A stretch of DNA of 59,959 nucleotides, filler included, from Nitrospirae bacterium CG2_30_53_67 (GTDB lineage Bacteria > CG2-30-53-67), in the NCBI GenBank assembly GCA_001873285.1. It is 3 parts of 3 records of this genome, joined end to end, with 100 filler letters (N's around TTAATTAATTAA, not from the genome) between each part and the next. Parts side by side here need not be neighbours in the genome. Positions count along the whole stretch, not along the records: positions 14,670 to 44,844 come from MNYV01000096.1; 2 more parts are not named here. One strand, written 5' to 3'. Shown piece by piece: positions 28,875 to 38,700 of this stretch (position 1 is its first letter; each line of letters begins with the position of its first letter). The notes beneath the pieces are model-generated. The model was not told where the DNA came from. It did no database searches and saw only the letters and a list, made by a program, of their open reading frames with translations. The translations under genes and the position numbers were made by a program.

Positions 28875-30284
28875 ATGAAAAAAGAATGCCTGTTAATCTC
28901 CTCTCCCGCTGAATTAAATATCTTTCCTCGCGGCATTATGGAGATTGCCACATTTCTGAATCAACAGGGCTGCCCCACATCTGTTTTGCCATTGGGTTAC
29001 TACTTTCAAAAAGACTATGCTGCGGATTCATCAGGGTATATTATCGGGGATATCGACCGGAATGAACTTTATGCCATCCTGCAGGATGTGATCAGAGAGA
29101 TCGCCCCACAGGTGATCGGCGTCAGCAACTCCTTTACCAAAGACTTCCCATACTGCATTGAGATTATTAAAATCTGTAAGGAAATCAATCCCAAAATCGT
29201 CACGGTGATGGGAGGCCAGCATGTGACATTTTGTGACCAGGAAGCTCTTCAGACGCCGGAACTGGATGTGGTGGTAAGGGGGGAAGGTGAATGGATCATG
29301 CTGAATCTGCTTCGTGCCGTAACGGGGAAAAAAGAGTTGAGTGGTGTCCGGGGGATCACGATCAGGCAGAATGGGGGGATTGGGCGAACCCCACCGGAGC
29401 CCCTCGGCAAACTGGAAGAGATCTCCGCTGTAGATTTTGCTTTATTACCTTCGGATTTTGTGCGGAAAGCATGTATCATCGGCATTTCATACAGGGGCTG
29501 TGCTCACCACTGCAAATACTGTGTGGAGGAGAAATTCTGGGCCAGGCCGCGTGCGTACACGCTTGAAAAACTCATTACAGAGATGAAAGTATTGCAAAGA
29601 GATTATCAGACTCAGATCATCGGCCTTGGGGAAAGCATGCTGGATATGCGATCAAAAATATTTTATGACCTCTGCCGGGGAATTCGAGACAATGAAATCA
29701 CGCTTCCGCCGGACTTCTTTATGACAACCCGCATAGACACGGTGACGGATCAAGGAGTAGATTGCCTGGCTAAGACCGGCATAAAGTCCGTTAGTGTGGG
29801 GATCGAAAATTTCTCTCCAAAGGTCCTGAAGATGATGGCAAAGAACCAGAGTATGGACGTCATTCTTGAAGGCTGCGAAAAATTCATGAAAAAGGATATA
29901 TGGCTGCTGAGCTACTGGTTGATCGGACATCCCGGCGATAATGCAGATGAAGCTGACTACAACTACAGCAAGTTTAAGGAATTCTTTGAAAAGGGTCTCT
30001 TGAAAAGAGGGACGGCATTCATTTTTGTTCCCTATCCCGGTACCGACTACTTCAATCATCCGGAACAATACGGAATCAGGATATCCTCATACGACTGGAA
30101 ACAGTGGAACCGCTGGACAAAAGATCCGGTAAGTTGGCTGGATGATTTTCCAAAACCTGAAATCGTCGCGGCTTATGATCGAGCCCATGAATTGCTGCGC
30201 GGTTATAATGGTCTTAACAATTTTCTATATTACATGAGCGCTTTCGATCGTTCCGCTTATCTGTCTATGACGCGTTCATCTTAG
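28875..30284 (+). CDS. B12-binding domain radical SAM protein (class B methyltransferase-like)
   Basis: GGQHVT and VVRGEGE (cobalamin-binding domain), RGCAHHCKYC, GIEN, PYPGT. Confidence 0.88.
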   Translation: MKKECLLISSPAELNIFPRGIMEIATFLNQQGCPTSVLPLGYYFQKDYAADSSGYIIGDIDRNELYAILQDVIREIAPQVIGVSNSFTKDFPYCIEIIKICKEINPKIVTVMGGQHVTFCDQEALQTPELDVVVRGEGEWIMLNLLRAVTGKKELSGVRGITIRQNGGIGRTPPEPLGKLEEISAVDFALLPSDFVRKACIIGISYRGCAHHCKYCVEEKFWARPRAYTLEKLITEMKVLQRDYQTQIIGLGESMLDMRSKIFYDLCRGIRDNEITLPPDFFMTTRIDTVTDQGVDCLAKTGIKSVSVGIENFSPKVLKMMAKNQSMDVILEGCEKFMKKDIWLLSYWLIGHPGDNADEADYNYSKFKEFFEKGLLKRGTAFIFVPYPGTDYFNHPEQYGIRISSYDWKQWNRWTKDPVSWLDDFPKPEIVAAYDRAHELLRGYNGLNNFLYYMSAFDRSAYLSMTRSS

Positions 30285-30450
30285 TGGCCCTATTCGTAAA
30301 TACGGTCGCATTCGAGTGCCGTATGGCGGTCTCCTCGGCGTTGCGCTCCTTGCGGTGTACCACAGTGGGTACGCCTCAGTCGCGCGCCTTGATGAGACCG
30401 CCCTACGACCCTCTCGGTACGTTACCATATTTACGAACAGGACCACTTAG
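30280..30450 (-). mobile_element. MITE family 1, full copy (inverted relative to 10995)
   Basis: Same TIRs, CTTAG at both ends; the left CTTAG contains the TAG stop of the upstream gene. Confidence 0.85.
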
Positions 30451-30496
30451 TCATCCTCCCTCTGATAGATGGCATTGATACGCGGGAAAGGACGGG

Positions 30497-31063
30497 TTGA
30501 AGGTTTTAGCAGATCAGATATTCAATTTAAAAGAACGGATCCTCTTTGAAACGCTTCAAGAAGAAGGGATTGTTTTTCATTTGGGCAATCGCATGGTTCA
30601 TACACTGAACCGGACGGGCGCGGGAATCCTTCATCTCCTGGATGGACATAGAAATGTGAGAGAGGTGATCCAGGCCTTCTCCAGGATGTGTGAACAACCT
30701 GAAGAGGTTTTAAGAAAGGACGTGGAGCATTTTCTTTCAGACCTTTACGAAAGGGGTTGGTTGATGTTAAACGAGCGCCATAATTTATTGATCAATCAGG
30801 AGATTGTATTAAGAGAAGAAGAAGGAGGAGCCTTTTTGTTTGAACCGGACACGGGCCGGCTATGTCATCTCAACGCCTTGGGGACGAGCATTTGGAAATT
30901 ATGCAGAAAACCTATCACCTCCGCGCAGATCATTGATGAAATATGCAAGGAGTACCCTGCAACGCCGCAGGAACAGATCTCTAAGGATTGCTTGCTTTTT
31001 CTGGAAGAGTTGGATCAATTAGGATTTTTCGCAAACCGTGAAGATCATGAGAGGGATTCATGA
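30497..31063 (+). CDS. scmD: tandem PqqD/RRE peptide chaperone (ScmD-like)
   Basis: Two PqqD repeats: LNRTGAGILHLLDG...DVEHFLSDL and VLREE...LFEPDTG...LNALGTSIWKLC...DCLLFLEEL. Confidence 0.85.
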   Translation: MKVLADQIFNLKERILFETLQEEGIVFHLGNRMVHTLNRTGAGILHLLDGHRNVREVIQAFSRMCEQPEEVLRKDVEHFLSDLYERGWLMLNERHNLLINQEIVLREEEGGAFLFEPDTGRLCHLNALGTSIWKLCRKPITSAQIIDEICKEYPATPQEQISKDCLLFLEELDQLGFFANREDHERDS

Positions 31064-32205
31064 GCAACAACATGGACCAGCAGCCCAAACATCCTTTACG
31101 GTCTATTTATTTTTATCCAACCGAATCGTGCAATTTAAAATGCATCCATTGCTGGATACGTCCGGCCTATGCGCCGGATGAGAAATCCTATCAAAGGCAG
31201 AACCAGGAGAATGTCTCTGTTGAAGTCATGGATCGGGTGGTTCGGGACGCCCTTCCCTTGGGTTTGTCCCATGTAAAATTTACCGGAGGAGAGCCCTTTG
31301 TCCATCCGGGGCTTTTCGAATTTATCGACTGCTTCTCCGGCCATGGACTTTCCTTGAGCTTTGAAACCAACGGCACATTGCTCTCTGCCGGCATGGTTCA
31401 AAGACTTTGCAAGCACAACGTGACGCAGATTTCCGTCAGCCTTGATGGAAGTCATGCTGATATCCATGAGAGGATCCGGGGGGTGAGGGGAAGCTTCGAG
31501 AAAGCCGTAAACGGGATTCAACTTCTTATGGAACATCAGATCGATCCGCAAGTCATTTTCTGTCTCCAGAAAATCAACGCCCATGATCTTGAGAACACGA
31601 TCCGCCTGGCCTACAAGATGAAAGTGAAATTATTTGAAATCAATCCCATGATTTTTGTCGGGATCCGGGAATCGTCTGAGAATGGGTGCGAAGGTTTGTC
31701 CCTTAAAGAGCTGCTGGACCTTGAAAACAAAGTGGAAACCGAATACGCGGATCGCTATCCGAATATGCATATTGATCTCTACCTTCCCCCGGCACTGAAA
31801 GGAATGCGGGAACTGGCTCGACATCCGATATGTTCCTGCGCGATCTTTAATATCTGCGGGATTCTTTCCAACGGGGACGTTTCGATTTGCGGCATTGGAA
31901 GCAGAAACAGGGAACTGGTCATGGGGAATGTCAAAGAAAAAAGTGTCTCTAAGATATGGGAAGAGGGCATCCTTTTTAAGGAAATTCGGGAACAGGTCCC
32001 GCTGCATCTGAAAGGCGTATGCAGACGATGTCTTTTCAAGCATCATTGCCTCGGCTTCTGCCGCGCCGACGTGATCTCTCATGAGAAAACGGTCTTGAAT
32101 TCTTATCAGGTCTGTGAAGAGGCATGCCGGAAAGGCCTTTTCCCGGAGTCCAGACTGTTGGAAGAGAGTGAATTGTCCAGAGTCCATGGGGAATGGAATT
32201 CATGA
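31060..32205 (+). CDS. scmF: radical SAM/SPASM peptide maturase, ScmF-like
   Basis: PLRSIYFYPTESCNLKCIHCWI, FTGGEP, SPASM ICGIG...CRRC..KHHCLGFC, GLFPESR. Confidence 0.85.
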   Translation: MSNNMDQQPKHPLRSIYFYPTESCNLKCIHCWIRPAYAPDEKSYQRQNQENVSVEVMDRVVRDALPLGLSHVKFTGGEPFVHPGLFEFIDCFSGHGLSLSFETNGTLLSAGMVQRLCKHNVTQISVSLDGSHADIHERIRGVRGSFEKAVNGIQLLMEHQIDPQVIFCLQKINAHDLENTIRLAYKMKVKLFEINPMIFVGIRESSENGCEGLSLKELLDLENKVETEYADRYPNMHIDLYLPPALKGMRELARHPICSCAIFNICGILSNGDVSICGIGSRNRELVMGNVKEKSVSKIWEEGILFKEIREQVPLHLKGVCRRCLFKHHCLGFCRADVISHEKTVLNSYQVCEEACRKGLFPESRLLEESELSRVHGEWNS

Positions 32206-33278
32206 ATATTTTTTCCGCGCCGCAAAAGGTCACCCTGAATGTTACCAACCGATGCAACCTGAACTGCCTCTATTGCGGCGTCTCTTCCACAAAGAATGCG
32301 CCCGGCGACCTGAACCTTGAAGAATGGAAAGAGGTGGTGGATGAACTTGCGCGCATCAAAGTCTTCCGTTTGCTGATTTCCGGGGGCGAACCTTTTATAT
32401 ATCCTGATCTTCCCGATCTGCTGACATACATTCTTCAATATCCGTTCAGAATTTCAATCAACACCAATGGAACCCTTCTCAATGCAAAGATACTCTCCAT
32501 GCTTTCCGGCTCTCGCCGTCTGGAGAACGTTCAGGTTTCTTTAGACGGTCCGAATTCAGAGGTTCATGATTTTATCCGCGGTAAAGGATCGTTTGCAAAG
32601 AGTATGGAAGGCATTGATCTCCTTCGCCGATACCATATTCCCTTTAGTTTTTTTGTTGTTGTTTCCAAGAACAATCAAGACGTTCTCCATGAGATTGTTG
32701 AATTTTCGAATCAGGTCGGCGTGTCAGAGATTACATTCTCGTCTTTATTACCCCAGGGGAGCGCGCTATTCCATTGGAAAGATCTTTGCCTTAGCTTTCA
32801 AGAGCAGAAGAGAGTCGAAGGTGAATTGAGGCGGCTAAGGAGCCGATACCCGAAACGGGTCGGAGGATCATTGGTCAATGCGATTGCGATGATGGATCGC
32901 ATTTCTCAATTGGATGTCACGGAGCGGCAGCCCTCAGATTCGAATAAGATCACGAGTTGTGGTGGAAGTGTGGAGGAATGTTCCATCCGTCCGGATGGAT
33001 GGGTGATCCCCTGCGATCGTCTATGGGACTATAAAGTGGGGAATGTGAGAACGGAATCTTTTAGGGATATCTGGCAGCACTCCCAAGGGATGCGTCAGTT
33101 CCGGACGCGTTATTCTCGCAGCATGGATTCCTTCAAAGAGTGCCATGATTGCTTATATGCTTATTTATGCAGAGGGGGATGCCCGGCAGTTCCTTATAAC
33201 ATGGGAAGAGGGATTGACGGTTGGGACCCGCTTTCTTGTTATAAAGTTTTCATCGGTCAAAAGAACAGCTATGTCTAA
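32202..33278 (+). CDS. scmE: radical SAM/SPASM peptide maturase, ScmE-like
   Basis: TNRCNLNCLYC, SGGEP, SPASM SCGG...DGWVIPC...CHDC...CRGGCPA...SC. Alternative start at 32193. Confidence 0.85.
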   Translation: MNIFSAPQKVTLNVTNRCNLNCLYCGVSSTKNAPGDLNLEEWKEVVDELARIKVFRLLISGGEPFIYPDLPDLLTYILQYPFRISINTNGTLLNAKILSMLSGSRRLENVQVSLDGPNSEVHDFIRGKGSFAKSMEGIDLLRRYHIPFSFFVVVSKNNQDVLHEIVEFSNQVGVSEITFSSLLPQGSALFHWKDLCLSFQEQKRVEGELRRLRSRYPKRVGGSLVNAIAMMDRISQLDVTERQPSDSNKITSCGGSVEECSIRPDGWVIPCDRLWDYKVGNVRTESFRDIWQHSQGMRQFRTRYSRSMDSFKECHDCLYAYLCRGGCPAVPYNMGRGIDGWDPLSCYKVFIGQKNSYV

Positions 33279-34317
33279 TTTACCGAACACCATGGAAAAA
33301 CAGATGGATGTGGAGATAGGAGGCGAAGTCTTTCATCTCTATTTTGAAAAATGGAATCATCGGTGGAACCATGCATTGGGAAAAAACTACGGCGATTATA
33401 TAACCCATTCGAAAAAAACGGGCTGTCATGTACAGGTGATCCCATATTCTGACGGCCGGCATTTTATTTGGAAGCCATCCGAACTGGAGAGATTCAGAGA
33501 ATTTTTTCTAAACATTCATCAACGGTATCCAGGGAATGGACCCGTGGAGGAAGCCGCGGAAAGTTCGCTTGATATTTTGCAAACCCTTGATCCGGAAAAA
33601 AATTCGATGAAGGATATACGTTCCTGTATGGATGAACCCCAAACCCTGATCTATTTGAGGATCGGGTCTGATCTCTATTTTATTGATATCCAATCAAGAA
33701 ACGCCTATTTTTTTATTCGAGAAAGAACCCGGCAAATCCCATGGTTAAACGTTCTCATCAAGAATCGGTCCTCGGAAGATATGGGGATGATGAACGGAAT
33801 GATGTTCCTCCTTTCACATCGATTAATCCATCATGGAGGATTATTGCTTCACGGCGCAGCGGTCCGGAAAGAAGATCAGGCCGTTCTGTTTCTTGGACTT
33901 TCAGGCGCCGGGAAATCTACTGTGAGCCGCCTATGCAGGCCTGATGTTTGTTTCTCGGATGATGGGACGATTATCAAGAAAGAAGAGGGTCGAGTTTATG
34001 CCTATCATTCACCCTTCAGGCAATATAAGATAAAAGAGAGATCTGTGGAATCCGTGAAAGGAGAGATCAAGAAGCTCTTTCTGATAGAGCAAAGTACGGA
34101 AAATCTGATCAGACCCATAAAAAAAAATGAACTGATGAGTACGATCCTTCTGCATCTGATTCATTTTTACAAATACTTGGATCAAGAGACTGCACGGATG
34201 GGTTTTTATCTGGTCAAGGATATCTTAGAGACCCTTCCGGCTTACCGATTGCAATTTGCCAAGAAAAGTGATATATGGAATCACCTATTTCAAATGGAGG
34301 AAAATTGTAATGACTGA
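33271..34317 (+). CDS. scmC: HPr kinase-like P-loop protein (ScmC-like)
   Basis: GGLLLHGAAV, GLSGAGKST, FSDD, SPF. Confidence 0.75.
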   Translation: MSNLPNTMEKQMDVEIGGEVFHLYFEKWNHRWNHALGKNYGDYITHSKKTGCHVQVIPYSDGRHFIWKPSELERFREFFLNIHQRYPGNGPVEEAAESSLDILQTLDPEKNSMKDIRSCMDEPQTLIYLRIGSDLYFIDIQSRNAYFFIRERTRQIPWLNVLIKNRSSEDMGMMNGMMFLLSHRLIHHGGLLLHGAAVRKEDQAVLFLGLSGAGKSTVSRLCRPDVCFSDDGTIIKKEEGRVYAYHSPFRQYKIKERSVESVKGEIKKLFLIEQSTENLIRPIKKNELMSTILLHLIHFYKYLDQETARMGFYLVKDILETLPAYRLQFAKKSDIWNHLFQMEENCND

Positions 34318-34519
34318 TCAGCCAAACAACAAAAAAGATTATGAGCCTCCGAAGGTTAAAGAAATAGGAGGGATCTATGAACAAGCTATGGGGATATCCA
34401 AGTGCCAAACCGGCGGCACTTTTGCCGCAAGCTGTCGTGCCGGGAATCGCGCGTCAAGTTGTCTTGCTGGGTCTACTCCCGGGCCAGGGACATCGTGTTC
34501 CATGGGAAACCCGGTATGA
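34310..34519 (+). CDS. candidate RiPP precursor peptide, 69 aa, with four CxxG motifs
   Basis: GGAGG RBS, overlap with the upstream stop, YEPPKV leader motif, Cys/Gly/Ser/Thr-rich core. Confidence 0.8.
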   Translation: MTDQPNNKKDYEPPKVKEIGGIYEQAMGISKCQTGGTFAASCRAGNRASSCLAGSTPGPGTSCSMGNPV

Positions 34520-34561
34520 TAAATTTTTTTTATGGCCCTTCAAGATCGAGAGGATAAAACT

Positions 34562-35005
34562 TCACTCCTGATTCGGCTCGACCCTCTTCTGAAATGGTAA
34601 GATCCGCTTTAATACATTCTTGGCTTTAAATTCCAGTGCGCCAGGCGTCAGGCCCATGCGGCTAAGGGCGGCATAAAGCCTTTTGAACCTTGATCGGGGG
34701 CCGGAGGCCACCGAAATCAGCCGTCTCCTTCTCACGATGAGTTCCACCTTGCCGGCAGCCTTTGAAAGATCAACCCGTTCAGGGTCCGGTGCAAGGAGCG
34801 CGTCTCCCTTAGTCATTCCGCATTTCAGGCCGATCCGTTTGATCAATCGATGCACCATTAAGCGGCCATAAGTGTTCCGGACCGCAATCATATCTCCAAC
34901 TTCAAGGCAAGCGGGCGGGACCTTCCTGACAATCAATCGGTCCCCGGGTTTGAGACAGGGATACATGGAGTATCCGGTGAAGGGCAAAGTGAAAAATTTC
35001 ATCAT
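34562..35005 (-). CDS. S24/S26 family peptidase
   Basis: GYSMYPCLKPGD, VHRLI, TKGD. Confidence 0.8.
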   Translation of the reverse strand: MMKFFTLPFTGYSMYPCLKPGDRLIVRKVPPACLEVGDMIAVRNTYGRLMVHRLIKRIGLKCGMTKGDALLAPDPERVDLSKAAGKVELIVRRRRLISVASGPRSRFKRLYAALSRMGLTPGALEFKAKNVLKRILPFQKRVEPNQE

Positions 35006-35188
35006 ATCAAAGTGGATCCATCTATATGTCAAACTCACAGAATAGAAGAGGTTTTATCGGATTCTATAATAATTATAACCCGTTCTGAAAATATACGTCA
35101 ATGTTTTGTTGCTGTTGCCATGTGTTATAAGCGCACTTTCTCATCATAAACTTTTTCACGCCCGACATCCCCTTTATTAAATAATGAT

Positions 35189-35325
35189 TATGTAATCTGT
35201 TACCCAACTATGTAACGCGTTACATAGTTTTTCTTTTGTTCATTTTTAAGCCATCCATGTAAACCAAGAAAAAGCAATGACTTAGACAGAAATGCTTCGC
35301 ATGTCTTTTTGGCATGTTTATTGCT
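35189..35325 (+). promoter_or_regulatory. sigma54 promoter with upstream palindromic activator sites
   Basis: TGGCATGTTTATTGCT (GG 35311, GC 35323). Perfect palindrome at 35206-35229 and a second GTAA-N4-TTAC at 35192-35203. Confidence 0.75.
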
Positions 35326-35376
35326 CTATTGTCCCATAGATCTATGGAAAGTTTTATCCAATGGAGGAGAGGATAT

Positions 35377-35715
35377 ATGTTTAAAGATAAAAAAATTTCA
35401 AGCCGTGAGACAAATTTTCATCGTGCAGGATACCGCATCGCCTTTATTATTTTTATCATTTCTCTTTTAAGTGTTTTTACCATCTCCCTGGGGTATGCGG
35501 AAAAAGTCACTGTTGTTGAAGGAATCATAGAAAATGTGACGGAGCATTCCATAAAAGTTCGAAACAATAATTATGAAGTGATCGGGGTTCCTCTCCTCAA
35601 AAGCTCAGGGGAGGCACTATCGTATGATGCGCTCCGGCGGGGGAAAAAAGTGGAGATCTTTTTTCATGACAAAAAAATCACATCCATAATTATTCATGAA
35701 GATATGGTGGAATAA
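35377..35715 (+). CDS. hypothetical exported protein, first gene of the pilY1 operon
   Basis: Strong RBS, hydrophobic signal/TM segment, small beta-rich domain. Confidence 0.65.
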   Translation: MFKDKKISSRETNFHRAGYRIAFIIFIISLLSVFTISLGYAEKVTVVEGIIENVTEHSIKVRNNNYEVIGVPLLKSSGEALSYDALRRGKKVEIFFHDKKITSIIIHEDMVE

Positions 35716-35725
35716 GGAGTTGAAT

Positions 35726-38700
35726 ATGAAACGATGCATTTTATTTATTTTTTTGTCCTTATCTTTAATATTTTGTTCTTTTGAAAACTCGGATGCCGTC
35801 ATGGAGGACTACTGTCTTGTTCCTCCTTACGTAGTTCAGAATATTTCTCCCAACGTCATGATTGTTCTGGATAATTCCGGAAGTATGTTTAATTTTGCCT
35901 ATTCCGACGGCTTTACTACAACCACAACGGCAGATGACAATCCGTGTTACAGTTCAGGCAGCCCCTGTACAGAATTTTCAACACCCGGCGCCTATCCTGC
36001 CTACCAATATTACGGCTATTTCAACCCTGACTACTGGTACGATTACCAGAGTAACAGGTTTATCCCAACTGCTCCAAAAACAGGAAGCGGGCTTACAGGC
36101 GAGAGGGCAAAGCTCTCCTCAGAATGGGATGGCAATTTTCTTAACTGGCTGACCATGAGAAGGATAGATATTATAAGAAAAGTCATGACTGGGGGGAAGA
36201 CAACCACGGGCGAAGGCTCAGGCTTCGACAGACTCAATGGGGAAGTAGCGGATTGCGACAGCAGAGGAAAATACAAAAAGATAACAAATGCAGATCTCTA
36301 CACGCCTTACAGTGGAACTCGGAAACTCTATGTTTATTCTGCAAGTGCCGGCTGCGGTGGCGGTGGATCTGGTACATCTTCATTCTCCATCAGGAACGAC
36401 ACTGGAGGGAGTGATGGCACTGGTAATGAAGGAACCTGGAATGTAACAGTCAGGGTGCCATCTCCCGTGGAAGGTGTTGTCCAGAGTGTCGTCGGTACCA
36501 GGGCACGACTGGGGCTTTCATTTTATAAGACGAATGCCCCCAGGCCGCAGGGCGGTTTTGTTCAGGTCAACGTCTCTGGTGGAAGTCTTTCAAGTACGGT
36601 AAACCAGATCAATCTCACCAGGCCGAGCACCAACACGCCCTTAGCTGAAACGTTATGGACGGTAGCCGGTTATTTTGCCCAGACGGCAAGCATGGAAAGC
36701 GGCCCCGGGCCTCGCTACAGCAGCGCGGATTATACGATCAACAACACAGCGGATCCTTACAATTATGGCACAGGCGGTCAGCCCAGCTACCCAAGCTGTG
36801 CCAAGAGTTTTGTGCTGTATATCACCGACGGAGAGCCGTGTGCGGACGGTTATCTGCCGGCAACTTTAAAAAGTTATGCCAACGGCAGATCCAACTATGA
36901 TTGTTATGACTTAAATCCCGGCAATCCCGGCAGGGGTGGTTATTGTCCGGCTGTGGGAAGCTTTGCGGCATCCACCTTTCCGACATGCAATGGAGGCTGG
37001 CAGGGCGGATATGTCTCCGGCATGGAAGATGTGGCATTGTATGTTCATACCAACGATCTCAGGACAGCGGCAACCAAGGATATAACCGGCAAACAGGTCT
37101 TAACGCTTTATTCAGTATTTGCCTTCGGCAAGGGGTCCACACTGCTTCGATATGCAGCGATTAATGGCGGGTTTGAAGATTTTAATGGGAATGACGTCCC
37201 GGATCTTCAGTCCGAATGGGACAACAACGGCGACGGCGAACCCGACAACTTCTATGAGGCCGTAGACGGCCAGGAACTCGAAAAATCCATTCGGGATGCT
37301 TTTTCAAGCATACTCAAGAGGGCCGCTTCGGGCACGGCAGCCTCGGTTCTTGCCTCCGGTGAGGGTAGCGGGGCCAATCTTATCCAGGCGGTATTTTATC
37401 CGAGAAAGAGGATCGGAAACGATATTATCGGGTGGGCCGGTGTGGTTCAGGACCTTTGGTATTATGTGGACCCGCTGTACACAAACAGCAGTGTCAGAGA
37501 AGATACGGTTAAAGACAATATCCTCAGCCTTCCTGACGATAATATCGTGAGTATTTACTTCGATACCACTGATCAAATGGTCAAGGCCAAAAAATACGAC
37601 AGCGATCAGGATGGAAACATTGGGGCGCTCAATTCGACAATTCTTTTTGAGGATCTGAAGAATTTATGGGAAGCCGGCAAGATCTTGTGGCAGCGGGATC
37701 TTACCGCGGAGCCAAGGACGATCTACACCACAACCGACGGAAGCAGTTTGTTCGACTTCTCAGTAGCCAATGCCGGGTCACTGAGCGCCCTTCTCGATGT
37801 TCAGGATGAAAACAGTGACTTAAATAGAACCGATGACGCTGAGTATCTCATCCGGTATATCCACGGCGAGGACTTCATTGGTATGGACCGCAACGTTGAC
37901 GGGACGGATGATTTCCGGTCAAGGACGGTTTCGATGGACGGCGTTTCGAATACGTGGAAGCTCGGGGATATCATTAACTCGACTCCTAAGATTGTCTCAT
38001 GGTATCGGTTGAACCGGTATGATCGAGATTATGGGGATACCACATACGGGCCTTGTGATGATCCACTTGCATATTGTCAGGATCCGTCTCAGAGCGATAC
38101 GGCAGACCCGAACCATTTTATCACAACCCAGGCTTATAAGGACCGGGACACGGTCTATGTGGGCGGGAACGACGGGATGCTTCACGCCTTTAGACTCGGG
38201 ACCTTGAGGCTCAAATGGGCCGGAAAGGGGAACTATGAAGCGGCGTCGCTGGACAGTTCGGGGGAGATGACAGGGTTGGGCGAGGAACGATGGGCCTTTA
38301 TCCCCAAGAATGCCCTGCCTTATCTCAGATACCAAAAAGAGCAGGACTACTGTCATCTGTATACGGTAGATCTCACCCCCACGGTTTTTGACGCCAGTAT
38401 CAATGGAAGTGCGAGTGCTGTAAGGGACGTAAACAGTTGGAAAACCATCCTGATCGGCGGCATGAGGCTGGGCGGCGCCAGCAGTAACGCCGGTTCAGCC
38501 TGCACGGATTGCGTGAAGACACCCATCAACGGCGTGGGCTATTCATCCTACTACGCCCTGGATGTGTCGGATGAGAACAATCCTCAGCTTCTCTGGGAAT
38601 TTACCAATCCGGACCTTGGTTATGCGACCACAGGACCTGCCGTTATCCGGATAGGGGCCAAAGACACAAACGGCAGTTGGTTTGTGGTACTGGGCTCCGG

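Noticed and set aside
30284..30478. 64-aa ORF inside the RiPP cluster as a precursor (similar ORF at 49455-49700)
   Set aside because: It is the translation of MITE family 1, repeated at unrelated loci.
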